Assembly: GCA_001824255.1 (NCBI GenBank)
Contig: MHWQ01000002.1
Coordinates: forward strand, 393,572-457,571
Source: Candidatus Zambryskibacteria bacterium RIFCSPLOWO2_02_FULL_51_21
GTDB taxonomy: Bacteria; Patescibacteriota; Minisyncoccia; Phycocordibacterales; Zambryskibacteraceae
DNA: 64,000 nt
Direction: 5' to 3'
Part shown: piece after piece, positions 10,266-19,893 of the stretch
Position numbering within the stretch: position 1 is the first letter of the stretch
Layout of the letters: the number at the start of each line of letters is the position of its first letter
Program-made: the position numbers and the translations under genes
The notes under the pieces: generated by a model
Database searches by the model: none
What the model was told of the DNA's origin: nothing
The model's input: the letters and a program-made list of their open reading frames with translations, nothing else

Positions 10266-11139
10266 ACTTATTATTTCTATCTTTTTTCTGGCGCTTGCAG
10301 TTCCCGTCCTTGCCCAGGAAGCCAAGCCGACCGACTACACCATGCTTGCTCCCATACCCCAGCTTGCCACGGAGGGAGAGAAGACAAATGCCGTAACGTA
10401 CGTGACGGGTCTCTTCAAGCTCGCCATAGGTCTCGCCGGAGCGCTCGCGGTGGTGATGATTATCTACGCAGGCATCAAATATATGTCCACGGACGCTTTC
10501 AGCGGCAAGGAGGAGGCCAAAGGCGTCATCGAGAACGCCCTCTGGGGCTTGGGGCTGGCAATAGCCGCCTGGCTCATCCTCTATACCATCAACCCGAAGC
10601 TGGTGGAAATAAAATTCGACATAGCACCGCAGCAAATCGCCACGACCACAACAACGCTTGGTGGGGATCTGCCGGGAGGGGGTTGGGGGGGCGGAGGGGG
10701 AATTCTTCCTGGATATCCGCTTAGCCCAGAACAAGTGGCTGAGAACACGCAAATTAGGGATAAACTTAAAAACAACAAACCCTATCCTGTCTTGGTAAAT
10801 AATGACCCTTGCGCGACAGGAGGGACAATCGGGTGCACAAATGTTGTCGGTCTGCCGGACTCAGCCCTCACTAGTGCTAAAATCCTGGCTAATGCGTGCA
10901 AATGCACAATAACAATCACCGGAGGAACGGAGGGCGGTCATTCCAACCATGGACCAGGGAGGGCAGCTTTCGATCTTTCGCCCATTGGAGCTCTGAATAC
11001 TTTTCTCAGTAAAACTAACCCCCAAGCAGCCTTCCCTAGCAATGGTGCAAAAGTAAGAATCGGAACAACCGTTTACACTTTTGAAACCGCGGGAGCGAAT
11101 GGCAGAGCCACCGCTAACCATTGGCATGTAGAGCTTTGA
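10258..11139 (+). CDS. VirB2/TrbC-like pilin domain fused to a C-terminal peptidase M15-like Zn domain
   Basis: Signal peptide, two TM helices with AG..YM...AK..I.NA..GL pilin pattern and INP; C-terminal H...D and HWH motifs. Confidence 0.65.
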   Translation: MNKLIISIFFLALAVPVLAQEAKPTDYTMLAPIPQLATEGEKTNAVTYVTGLFKLAIGLAGALAVVMIIYAGIKYMSTDAFSGKEEAKGVIENALWGLGLAIAAWLILYTINPKLVEIKFDIAPQQIATTTTTLGGDLPGGGWGGGGGILPGYPLSPEQVAENTQIRDKLKNNKPYPVLVNNDPCATGGTIGCTNVVGLPDSALTSAKILANACKCTITITGGTEGGHSNHGPGRAAFDLSPIGALNTFLSKTNPQAAFPSNGAKVRIGTTVYTFETAGANGRATANHWHVEL

Positions 11140-11140
11140 T

Positions 11141-12364
11141 ATGAAAAAAACACTTCTAATCTCCGGCGCGGTCATAGCAATACTGCTTCTTGCCTTCTTT
11201 GCGTGGTTTTTTCTCGGCAGAGACAAGACTGTGCCGGCAGGAGAGGCGGTGATGAATCTTCTGCCATTCGGTTCTGGTGAAAATTTAGGTGAATCAGGAA
11301 TCACGAATCAAGAATCAGGAATAGGAATAACAGTTGGGGAAGAAAAAATTTTTGATGAACAGGGCGTGCCTACATCCAACCTTTTCCGCCTATCCGATGC
11401 ATCAGTGGCCGGTATGATTGCTTTCGCTCGTGGCGGACAGACTGTCGTGCGTTTTGTGGAGAGAGCCACCGGCCATATTTACGAAACCGCGCTGCCTAAA
11501 GATAAGGCCCTGGCGCCGTTGGAAAAAAAGAAAATCTCCATCAACACCCTGCCGAAGGTTTACGAGGCCTACTTCCGCCCGGACGGCAATATGGTGCTCC
11601 TACGGATGCTTGAGGACGGCTCTGATGCGCAAAAGAACCTCGTTTTGAACCTTGCGGCCACCACAAGCACTGCCGTGAATGTGCGCGGGGTGCTCGGCAG
11701 TATCGCGGTGGGGCAGGGAAATACTCTTTTCTATACCGAACTGGGGTCGAAAACGGTTGTCTCCTCTCCCTTCGGCGGTACCGTAAAAACTTTATACTCC
11801 TTTCCTTTTACCGACTGGCGAGTTTCCCCGGCCGGCACCGGCCTTCTCCTGGAGGCTAAACCGAGCGCCGAGGCCCCCGGTTTCGCTTATATTCTAAGCG
11901 CTGCCGGCTCGTTAACCAGAATTCTTGGATCTCTTTCCGGTCTTTCCGCAGTCTCCAATGCCGCGGGGACTTCCGTGCTTTATTCATACAATAACGGCAG
12001 TGAGATAAAACTTTTTGCCAGGAATCTCCGCACCGGCGCGGAAGTCGAAATTTCTCCGGCAACACTCGCCGAGAAATGCGTCTGGTCTGCAAAAGAATCC
12101 TCCAAGGTCTTTTGCGGAGCGCCCAATTCCTCCCCTTCGGCAGATGAGCCCGATGGTTGGTATGCCGGGGCAACACACTTTTCTGACTATATCTGGACTT
12201 CAGATTCTATTACTGAGATTTCAAAACTTCTGGCAAGTCCATTGGATGAATTCGGTATAGACATAGACGTTTACAAACCAATGCTTTCTCCAGCCGAAGA
12301 TTATCTTCTCTTCATCAACAAGCGCGATATGTCCTTGTGGGTTCTTAAACTGCCCGGGGCTTAA
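11141..12364 (+). CDS. Membrane-anchored beta-propeller-like hypothetical protein
   Basis: N-terminal TM, beta-rich, TLAEKCVW and LSPAEDYLLFINK motifs. Confidence 0.65.
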   Translation: MKKTLLISGAVIAILLLAFFAWFFLGRDKTVPAGEAVMNLLPFGSGENLGESGITNQESGIGITVGEEKIFDEQGVPTSNLFRLSDASVAGMIAFARGGQTVVRFVERATGHIYETALPKDKALAPLEKKKISINTLPKVYEAYFRPDGNMVLLRMLEDGSDAQKNLVLNLAATTSTAVNVRGVLGSIAVGQGNTLFYTELGSKTVVSSPFGGTVKTLYSFPFTDWRVSPAGTGLLLEAKPSAEAPGFAYILSAAGSLTRILGSLSGLSAVSNAAGTSVLYSYNNGSEIKLFARNLRTGAEVEISPATLAEKCVWSAKESSKVFCGAPNSSPSADEPDGWYAGATHFSDYIWTSDSITEISKLLASPLDEFGIDIDVYKPMLSPAEDYLLFINKRDMSLWVLKLPGA

Positions 12365-13061
12365 CCTTTCTCCTAACAAAAAGTTCCTGCCCGATGCTGA
12401 AGAGGTTGGTGGTTAGGAAATACAGACCGATTACTCCGGAAACTTGATAAGAAATAAAAAACATAATGGCTGGAAAAACATATTTCATCTGTTTTTGCAT
12501 GCTTTTCGCCAAATTATCTCCGAAAGAATTCCCCTGGGGTTCCTTCTGGCCTTTGGTAGATACGACAAATTGCAAATAAGTCGAGACGGCTGCCAGAAAC
12601 GCAAGGATAATGCTTTTACCACTTATGTCTATGAGCCCCAGAAAAACAGTGTTAATGCTTAGCGGCGCGGAAACAAAAGAATACAGGAGCGACGCGTTAA
12701 TTGCCGGCAATTTGATGAAAATCTGGTAAAGCGCGAGAATTATTGGAATCTGGATGATTAGAACTAGAATGCCTGAAAAGGGATTAACCCCTTTTTCTTT
12801 ATAGAGAGAGAGGGTGCGGCGAGCCTGTTCCTCCGAATTATCCTTGTACTTCTCTTTAATGGCGGCAAGTTCCGGCGCAATCTCGGCCATTCTCACTTGC
12901 GTCAAAACCGCCTTGCGGGAAAGAGGAAAGAGTACCATGCGCACCAGCACGGTGAGAATCACCACGACAACCCCTGCATCAGCCCAGGGTAGAATCTTGA
13001 AAAGAACTATGAGCGAGTTATAAAGCGGGTCGAAGAAAAAAGCGTGGTAAAGAAAAGACAT
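12345..13061 (-). CDS. yidC: Membrane protein insertase YidC
   Basis: LYKEKGVNPFSG..IQIPI motif; conserved position after rnpA. Confidence 0.92.
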   Translation of the reverse strand: MSFLYHAFFFDPLYNSLIVLFKILPWADAGVVVVILTVLVRMVLFPLSRKAVLTQVRMAEIAPELAAIKEKYKDNSEEQARRTLSLYKEKGVNPFSGILVLIIQIPIILALYQIFIKLPAINASLLYSFVSAPLSINTVFLGLIDISGKSIILAFLAAVSTYLQFVVSTKGQKEPQGNSFGDNLAKSMQKQMKYVFPAIMFFISYQVSGVIGLYFLTTNLFSIGQELFVRRKVKPRAV

Positions 13062-13291
13062 TATATTATTCTAATCAATTCTTCTTCCAATGTCTTGCCT
13101 TTTAATTTTTCAGCGCCCGGCTTTGCTATCAGCAGATACTTTGCTGGTTTTAAAGAAATATTTTTGAGAATCGGGCGGATACGCCGTCTGACGGTATTCC
13201 TTACCACAGCGCTCTTGGAAACTTTTTTGGAGACAGAAATAATTACTTCAACCTTTTCACCGGGCGAAACGCGTAAAGAGAAAAAAGACAT
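13061..13291 (-). CDS. rnpA: Ribonuclease P protein component, N-terminally shortened
   Basis: VSKKVSKSAVVRNTVRRRIR (RNR motif); between rpmH and yidC; ATG overlaps rpmH stop. Confidence 0.85.
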   Translation of the reverse strand: MSFFSLRVSPGEKVEVIISVSKKVSKSAVVRNTVRRRIRPILKNISLKPAKYLLIAKPGAEKLKGKTLEEELIRII

Positions 13292-13425
13292 CAAAGAGCC
13301 AAGCGCGCCCGTCCCTTGCGGCGCCTGTTCCTTATAGTGCGTTTACCGGTGGATGTTTTCTTCCTGGAAAGAAAGCCGTGGGTGCGAGCTCGCTTGCGTT
13401 TCTTCGGGTTGTATGTTCTGGACAT
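13291..13425 (-). CDS. rpmH: 50S ribosomal protein L34 (44 aa; not in the ORF track)
   Basis: Manual translation [44 protein letters not shown]. Confidence 0.95.
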   Translation of the reverse strand: MSRTYNPKKRKRARTHGFLSRKKTSTGKRTIRNRRRKGRARLAL

Positions 13426-13522
13426 ATTTTCTTAACAGCTTATTAACATATTATAAACATTTTTTGAGCCGTTAACAAGCTTTCCTGAATATCTAAAAAG
13501 ATATACTGTACACACAAATTTC

Positions 13523-14869
13523 ATGACCGACTATAAACAGCTCTGGCAGAAAGTACTCATCGAGATGGAACTGGGGATGTCTAGCGCGAACTTCGCCACT
13601 TGGTTCAAAGATACGAGAATCGTCAAGGAAGAGGGCGGGGTGGTGGTCTTGTCGGTGCCTAATGCCTTCGTTAAAGAGTGGCTTATAACTAAATATCACA
13701 GCGCCATCCTGAGAAGCCTCAGAAATCTTGAAAGTTCGGTCCACGCCATAGAATATGTGGTAAATAAGGAGGAATCGCGCCGCCGTGAGGAGCGCACCGG
13801 CAGAGAAACGGCCAACCGCGAACTGCCATTGCCCGAAATTGAGGTAAATAAGGATGACAACCTTAATCCCCGCTACACCTTCGAGACCTTCGTCATAGGC
13901 CCGTTCAATGAACTGGCCCACGCCGCAGCCCAGGCGGTTATTAAGAAGCCGGGAATCATGTATAACCCGCTCTTTATCTATGGCTCAACCGGCCATGGTA
14001 AAACTCACCTTATCCAGGCAATAGGCAACCACATCAAAACAACCACGCCCGGTAAAAAGGTTTATTACATGACCTCCGAACAATTTGGTCAAGACTGCAT
14101 GAACGCCCTCCAGAACCAGAAAATGAACATTTTCAAAGAGAAATACCGAAAATACGACGTCTTGATAGTTGACGACATTCAATTTTTTTCCGATAAGCAA
14201 AAGTTCCAAGAAGAGCTTTTTCACCTCTTCAACACCCTCTATGACAATAACCGTCAGATTATCTTTTCTTCCGACAAACACCCTCACTTCATTAATGGGC
14301 TTGAGGACCGGCTGAAGTCGCGCCTCTCGGCCGGTATGATTGTCGACATTCCGCCACCGGACAAAGAGTCAAGAATCGCCATTATTTCCGCCAAGGCAAC
14401 CCAGCAGGGCGTAGTCCTTACGCCGGATATTGTGGATTATCTCGCTCATTCCATAAACGGCAACATCCGCGAGCTTGAGGGGGCCGTCAACTCACTCCTC
14501 TGCCAGGCGGAACTTAAGGCTAAGGAAATTACCATGGTTGACGTTAGAAACTACATCAAGAACAACATCAAACCTAAGAGAAGTATCGCGGTAAAGGATG
14601 TGGTGAGAATTATTTCTGACTTCTATAATATAAAAGAGGAGAGTATTTACGAAAAAACCAGGCATAAGGAGGTTATCCGCCCCAGGCAGATCATTATGTA
14701 TATATTGAGAGAAGATTTTAACATCTCCTATCCTTCCATAGGACAGAAATTGGGCGGACGCGACCACACCACCGTCATTCATTCGTGTGAAAAAATAAAA
14801 AATGATATTAAACTTGACCAGACATTGGTGGATGAGGTCAGCCAGATTAGGAACTTAATAACTGTGTAA
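13523..14869 (+). CDS. dnaA: Chromosomal replication initiator DnaA
   Basis: YNPLFIYGSTGHGKTHL, DDIQF, GGRDHTTVIH. Confidence 0.98.
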   Translation: MTDYKQLWQKVLIEMELGMSSANFATWFKDTRIVKEEGGVVVLSVPNAFVKEWLITKYHSAILRSLRNLESSVHAIEYVVNKEESRRREERTGRETANRELPLPEIEVNKDDNLNPRYTFETFVIGPFNELAHAAAQAVIKKPGIMYNPLFIYGSTGHGKTHLIQAIGNHIKTTTPGKKVYYMTSEQFGQDCMNALQNQKMNIFKEKYRKYDVLIVDDIQFFSDKQKFQEELFHLFNTLYDNNRQIIFSSDKHPHFINGLEDRLKSRLSAGMIVDIPPPDKESRIAIISAKATQQGVVLTPDIVDYLAHSINGNIRELEGAVNSLLCQAELKAKEITMVDVRNYIKNNIKPKRSIAVKDVVRIISDFYNIKEESIYEKTRHKEVIRPRQIIMYILREDFNISYPSIGQKLGGRDHTTVIHSCEKIKNDIKLDQTLVDEVSQIRNLITV

Positions 14870-15069
14870 AAGATGTGGAAAAATAATGTGAATAATGTTA
14901 ATAAGATGGTGAGAAATAAGCGACGTAACGGGAGGTGGAAACTTTCATCCTCCAACTCACGGGTTTCTCCACAGGTAGATATTTTAGAGAGTATAAAAAA
15001 CCTTTTAGTCAGGCCATTAAAACGAATCCCCAGTATAAACACCCCTAATAGTAGTAATAAATTTTATAT
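14863..15069. other. Probable oriC between dnaA and dnaN
   Basis: DnaA-box-like 9-mers TGTGGAAAA 14874, TGTGAATAA 14887, TGTTAATAA 14896, TTCTCCACA 14965, GTATAAACA 15033, then trinucleotide repeats and an AT-rich tract; further degenerate boxes at 13429-13459. Confidence 0.8.
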
Positions 15070-16176
15070 ATGAAAATAGAAGCTATTAAAGAACAACTTG
15101 AAGGAGCACTCAGTAAGGCTGATAAAATTGCCGGTAAAAATCAAAGTCTCCCTGTTTTGTCCGGGTTTTATATGGATGCCCGGGATAATCTCCTTACTAT
15201 CAAGGCCACTAATCTTGATTTAGGTATTTCCGTAAGTTTGCCGGTGAAGGTTCTTGAGCCGGGTATAGTGGTGGTGCCAGCCCATATTCTCTCCTCCTTC
15301 ATATCTTCACTTTCTTACGATAAAAACACATCTCTTCAGACTAAAGGCCAGGTTTTAGATATCAAAACTAAAACGACAAAAACAAGCATAAAAACGCTCC
15401 CAAGCGAGGAATTTCCGATTATTCCGGAAATAGGCACCGATGGCGTTTTCTCTCTGCCGGCTCGTGATCTGATATTCGGTTTGAGGTCGGTTATTTATGC
15501 TGCCGCGGTTGGCAGTGTTAAGCCAGAACTCTCATCGGTGCTGATTAAACACGAAGGGGAGTTTCTGATTTTTGCCGCCACCGATTCCTTCCGCCTTGCC
15601 GAGAAAAAAATAAAAGTGAAGAAAGTTCCTCACTTCAAACAAATTCTTATCCCGCAGAAAAACGCGTTGGAAATTATCAAAATATTCGACCAAGGGGATG
15701 AGGATATTTCGATTTCGATAGAAGAGCATCAAATGGCGCTGCGTTCCGGCGGAGTTTATGTCACCTCGCGCATTATCGAGGGCAACTTTCCGGACTATCG
15801 GCAGATTATTCCGAAAGAAGTAAACACCACCGCGACGGTCTTGAAGCAGGATTTAATCAATTCACTCAAAACCAGCCTGATTTTCTCAGACTCCTTCAAC
15901 CAGCTTTCCTTAAGACTCGCGCCTAAGGAAAAGAAGTTTGAAATGGAATCAAAAAATTCCTCAATTGGCGAAAGCACTCAAAACATCCAGGTGGCAGCTA
16001 TGGAGGGTAAGGATATTTTCATCAGCGTAAATCATCGCTATTTCACCGACTGCTTCCAGTCCCTAATAACGGACAGCCTCTCCCTCTCTTTCTCCGGAGA
16101 GCAGAAGCCGATTGTCGTTAAGGGTGTCGGTGACCAGAGCTTCCTCTATCTCGTGATGCCTATGAACCAATCATGA
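15070..16176 (+). CDS. dnaN: DNA polymerase III beta clamp
   Basis: ATNLDL, ATDSFRLAE, IEGNFPDY, YLVMPM. Confidence 0.97.
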   Translation: MKIEAIKEQLEGALSKADKIAGKNQSLPVLSGFYMDARDNLLTIKATNLDLGISVSLPVKVLEPGIVVVPAHILSSFISSLSYDKNTSLQTKGQVLDIKTKTTKTSIKTLPSEEFPIIPEIGTDGVFSLPARDLIFGLRSVIYAAAVGSVKPELSSVLIKHEGEFLIFAATDSFRLAEKKIKVKKVPHFKQILIPQKNALEIIKIFDQGDEDISISIEEHQMALRSGGVYVTSRIIEGNFPDYRQIIPKEVNTTATVLKQDLINSLKTSLIFSDSFNQLSLRLAPKEKKFEMESKNSSIGESTQNIQVAAMEGKDIFISVNHRYFTDCFQSLITDSLSLSFSGEQKPIVVKGVGDQSFLYLVMPMNQS

Positions 16177-16415
16177 AAAATCTTTCGAAACTCTTAGAAA
16201 GATTTTCAAACATACTCAACAAAGACACAGAAACAAAGAACACAATAATCAGGATTATAAAAGATAAAACCAATATAGAATTAAAATCAAATCAAATAAA
16301 TCTCAAAAATGGCGTCCTGGAAGTCGAAGCGTCGCCTGTTGTAAAAAACGAAATCAGACTCAAGGAAGATTTATTGAAACAAGAATTAAAAATCTCCAGG
16401 ATTTTGTATAAATAA
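16173..16415 (+). CDS. Small protein, possibly DciA/DUF721-like helicase loader
   Basis: Coupled to dnaN; GVLEVEASPVVKNEIRL resembles the DciA core. Confidence 0.45.
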   Translation: MKNLSKLLERFSNILNKDTETKNTIIRIIKDKTNIELKSNQINLKNGVLEVEASPVVKNEIRLKEDLLKQELKISRILYK

Positions 16416-18503
16416 AACTGGTTGCTGTATCGGAATCTGCGCGGCTACCCAGCGCCTCACACTATATTCCCAGTGAGGATACTGAGGGTCGTTGGCCGGA
16501 TTTGATGGCGTCGGGCCGCGGGGATTATCCTTCTCCACCCAATAGAGTATTGAATGCGGCTCGCCTCCGACTTCACCCCTCAAAACAGGCTTCAATTCCG
16601 AAGGATTAATCGGCTCGGGCTTCACAAACGACTCCTCGGGCATGTCCGGAAGGACTTTATCTATGAGGTCGCGCCAAAGAGGCGAGACGATAAGACCGGC
16701 AACCTTCTTCTCCATAGGGGAGTTGTCATTATTACCCACCCATGCGCCAATAACCAGGTTTGGGGCATAGCCGATTATCCAGGCATCACGGTAGTCGTTC
16801 GAGGTACCGGTCTTTACCGCTACGTCGCGGTAGGGGACGTACAGGGCCGAATTAGGGCCGTATCCGGGTGTTCTAGCTACGTTGTCGGAAAGAATATCTG
16901 AGACGGTCCTGGCCGTCTCCTCGGGCAAAACCCGCAACGGGAAAAGTTCGCTTCTATCTATGATATTGCCCTTATCATCCTCAACTCTCACTATCGGTGT
17001 GTATTGATTCCTCACTCCGTCATTGGCGAAGACTCCGTAGGCGGACACCATGTCAAGAAGGGAAACTGAGCCGCCTCCGAGAACGAGCGAGAGTCCGTAG
17101 CTGTTCACATCAGTAAGACTCTGAATACCCATCTCTTTCGCGAGCTTGATTGAGTCCCGCACTCCGGCGAGATAAATCGCTTCCACCGCCGGCACGTTGA
17201 TGGACTGTGCCAAAGCATTTCTTATGGTCATCGGGCCGCGGAACTTATCGTCGTAGTTCCCCGGGCTGTAGCACGGGTCCTTGCTCTCAAAATCATCCTC
17301 TGCGCAGGAAGGATTAAATTGGGTTGGCACGTCCCAGAGAATGGTGTCGGCGGTGTAGCCTTTATTGAAAAGAAGCGAATACACGACGGGTTTGAAAGCG
17401 GAGCCAGGCTGCCTCAGGCCCGTGGCGGCGTTGAAGTTGCCGTCGATTTTCTGGTCGAAGTAGTTGCGCGAGCCGGTCATGGCAAGAATCTCGCCGGTCT
17501 TCGGGTCGAGCGCCACAACGGCATTGTTGTTGGCGTTGAATTTCCCCTGATTTATTTCCCCGTATTGTTTGGCGAGCTTCTCCGCTTCCTCCTGAATGTG
17601 ATAATCGAGAGTGGTGATTATTTTGTAGCCGCTGTTCTCCAGCGTACCCTCGCCATACTTCTGGGTCAGCTGTTCAATGACAAAGAAAACGAAATGCGGC
17701 GCGCGTATATTGTCGGTATTTTTCTTTTCGTTGAAAACAACTTTTTCCGAAAGTGCCTTGTCATGCTCTTCCTGAGAAATTAGTCCATTTTTAAGCATTT
17801 CGGCGAGAACCAGGTCTTTCCTCTCACCAAGTTCTTTCTGGTGCGAGCCGTAAGGCGAGTAATAAGTCGGAGCTTTGAGCACCGCCGCGAGATAGGCCGA
17901 TTCGGCAAGCGAGAGGTCGGCCGCGCTTTTGCCGAAGAAGCTATGTGACGCCTCGCCGACGCCGTAAATGGTGCCGCCGTAAGGAATCTCGTTTAAATAA
18001 AGAGTCAGAATCTCGTCTTTGGTAAGCACTTTCTCGAGTTTTATGGCAAGGATAAGCTCCTTTAACTTCCTTGTTGGTGTCTTATCCTTGGTCAGGATGG
18101 AATTTTTGACCACTTGCTGAGTGATGGTGGAGCCGCCCTGGCTGAAGGAGAGGGAAGTAAGATTCACCAAAACGGCACGGACGAATGATGAGAGCACAAA
18201 ACCGTTGTGAGAATAGAAATCTTTGTCCTCGATGGCAATGGTGGCCGATTTAACGTACGGAGAAATTGCTTCGAAGGGCACCTGCTCGCGCCTGACGTCG
18301 CGGCTCATGTCATAAAGGAGAACCTCGCCGGTGCGGTCGTAAATCTTGGTGGACTGGTCGATTTTCCTCTCGCTAATGCTCTCAAGGGCTGGAATCCGGA
18401 GTGAGGCTATCCAGAGGACAAAGAGTCCGCAGACGAAGAGGGCCGCCGCCCCGGCGGCCCAGTAATGGTTCGAATTGCGGAACTTCCTCCAGAAATTCAT
18501 CAT
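16386..18503 (-). CDS. Class A penicillin-binding protein (transglycosylase/transpeptidase)
   Basis: EDKDFYSH, GGSTITQQ, RKLKE, SAFK (SxxK), SIN, KTG; start set at 18503 because ATG 18515 overlaps the -10 box. Confidence 0.93.
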   Translation of the reverse strand: MMNFWRKFRNSNHYWAAGAAALFVCGLFVLWIASLRIPALESISERKIDQSTKIYDRTGEVLLYDMSRDVRREQVPFEAISPYVKSATIAIEDKDFYSHNGFVLSSFVRAVLVNLTSLSFSQGGSTITQQVVKNSILTKDKTPTRKLKELILAIKLEKVLTKDEILTLYLNEIPYGGTIYGVGEASHSFFGKSAADLSLAESAYLAAVLKAPTYYSPYGSHQKELGERKDLVLAEMLKNGLISQEEHDKALSEKVVFNEKKNTDNIRAPHFVFFVIEQLTQKYGEGTLENSGYKIITTLDYHIQEEAEKLAKQYGEINQGKFNANNNAVVALDPKTGEILAMTGSRNYFDQKIDGNFNAATGLRQPGSAFKPVVYSLLFNKGYTADTILWDVPTQFNPSCAEDDFESKDPCYSPGNYDDKFRGPMTIRNALAQSINVPAVEAIYLAGVRDSIKLAKEMGIQSLTDVNSYGLSLVLGGGSVSLLDMVSAYGVFANDGVRNQYTPIVRVEDDKGNIIDRSELFPLRVLPEETARTVSDILSDNVARTPGYGPNSALYVPYRDVAVKTGTSNDYRDAWIIGYAPNLVIGAWVGNNDNSPMEKKVAGLIVSPLWRDLIDKVLPDMPEESFVKPEPINPSELKPVLRGEVGGEPHSILYWVEKDNPRGPTPSNPANDPQYPHWEYSVRRWVAAQIPIQQPVLFIQNPGDF

Positions 18504-18539
18504 TAGAGAACCCATTTTAACATATGTTAAGATACTTTC

Positions 18540-19667
18540 ATGACTATAGACGTAGAAGAACTGCTTTCACGGGGGGTGGAGAAAGTTATACCGCGCGAGC
18601 TGGCAGAAAAGAAGTTGAATTCGGGAGAAAAGCTTCGCATCTATCACGGCGTTGATCCTACTGGCGCCAAGCTTCATCTTGGCCACTCGGTGCCGTTGAG
18701 GAAGCTCAAGGCCTTTGCCGACGCGGGACACGAAGTGATTTTTATTGTGGGAAGCTTTACTGCGATGATTGGCGATCCGACGGGCCGCGACACAATGCGC
18801 TCAGTGCTTACGCGAGAAGAAGTTGAAAAAAATTTCAAAACTTACAAGGAACAAGCGGGGAAAATTCTCGATATTTCAAAAATAAAAGTGCGCTACAACC
18901 ACGAATGGCTTGAGAAGCTGGATTTCAAGGGAATTGTTGACCTCGCTTCAAACTTCACAGTTCAACAGATGCTTCAGCGCGACATGTTCGATAAACGGCT
19001 GAAGGAAAACAAGCCAATCTCCGTGCATGAATTCCTCTACCCGCTGATGGTGGGTTACGACTCCGTCGTCCTTGATGTGGATGGAGAGCTCGGTGGCTCT
19101 GACCAGGAATTCAATATGCTAGCTGGGCGCACGCTTCAGGCGGCATATCATAAGCGTGACAAATTTGTGCTCACCACAAAGCTCATCGAGGGTACCGACG
19201 GGCGTAAGATGAGCAAGACTTATGATAATTCTATCTATCTTGAGGATAGTGCCGAAGAAATGTATGGCAAACTCATGTCTATTCGAGACGAATTAGTCGA
19301 AAAGTATTTTGAATGCCTCACGAGTGTTCCGATGGGTGATGTGATAAACATCCTTTCAAGTCATCCAAAAGACGCTAAGATGCGCCTGTCTTTTGAGATT
19401 ACAAAAATTTATCACGGCGAAGAGGCGGCGAAGAAAGCGCAAGAGAATTTCGAAAAAGCTTTTTCTAAAGGCGGCATTCCGGACGATATAAAAACTGTAA
19501 CGGCTCAAAAGAATGAGCCCTTGGTGGAAATTCTTTTGCGGGAAGGGCTGGTTTCTTCAAAAACGGAATTCAACCGTCTGGAGAAAGATGGTGCCATTGA
19601 AGAAATGGAAAGCGGTGTTTACCGTATAGGCAAACACCGCTTTCTTAGAATAACTAGATCGGATTGA
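18540..19667 (+). CDS. tyrS: Tyrosine--tRNA ligase
   Basis: GVDPTG..LHLGH, GGSDQ.FN, KMSKT. Confidence 0.96.
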   Translation: MTIDVEELLSRGVEKVIPRELAEKKLNSGEKLRIYHGVDPTGAKLHLGHSVPLRKLKAFADAGHEVIFIVGSFTAMIGDPTGRDTMRSVLTREEVEKNFKTYKEQAGKILDISKIKVRYNHEWLEKLDFKGIVDLASNFTVQQMLQRDMFDKRLKENKPISVHEFLYPLMVGYDSVVLDVDGELGGSDQEFNMLAGRTLQAAYHKRDKFVLTTKLIEGTDGRKMSKTYDNSIYLEDSAEEMYGKLMSIRDELVEKYFECLTSVPMGDVINILSSHPKDAKMRLSFEITKIYHGEEAAKKAQENFEKAFSKGGIPDDIKTVTAQKNEPLVEILLREGLVSSKTEFNRLEKDGAIEEMESGVYRIGKHRFLRITRSD

Positions 19668-19854
19668 CGTCGTCGAAGGGCTCTTCTTCATCCTCGAGCT
19701 CCTCGTCCTCCAAATCGTCTAGACTCTCCGTCTCTTCCGGATTCAGAAGGTCCTTTTTCTTTTTATCGACGACTTCGTGGTCGAGATCATCGGCGCCCTC
19801 TGTTTCATCCTCAACCGGCTCGTCGGGTTCTTTTAAAATATCTTCGTCTTCCAT
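19654..19854 (-). CDS. Small very acidic protein (33 of 66 residues D/E)
   Basis: ORF downstream of ruvC on the same strand. Confidence 0.6.
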   Translation of the reverse strand: MEDEDILKEPDEPVEDETEGADDLDHEVVDKKKKDLLNPEETESLDDLEDEELEDEEEPFDDVNPI

Positions 19855-19893
19855 TTTGGAATAAATTAATTTTAATTTCGAATGACTACAAAT

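Noticed and set aside
14873-15073. 66-aa ORF between dnaA and dnaN
   Set aside because: Made of DnaA-box-like repeats; origin DNA
18517-18530. Palindrome TTAACATATGTTAA between the PBP gene and tyrS
   Set aside because: Explained by two back-to-back TGtTAA.AT -10 boxes of divergent genes; lacks the TGAT/ATCA core
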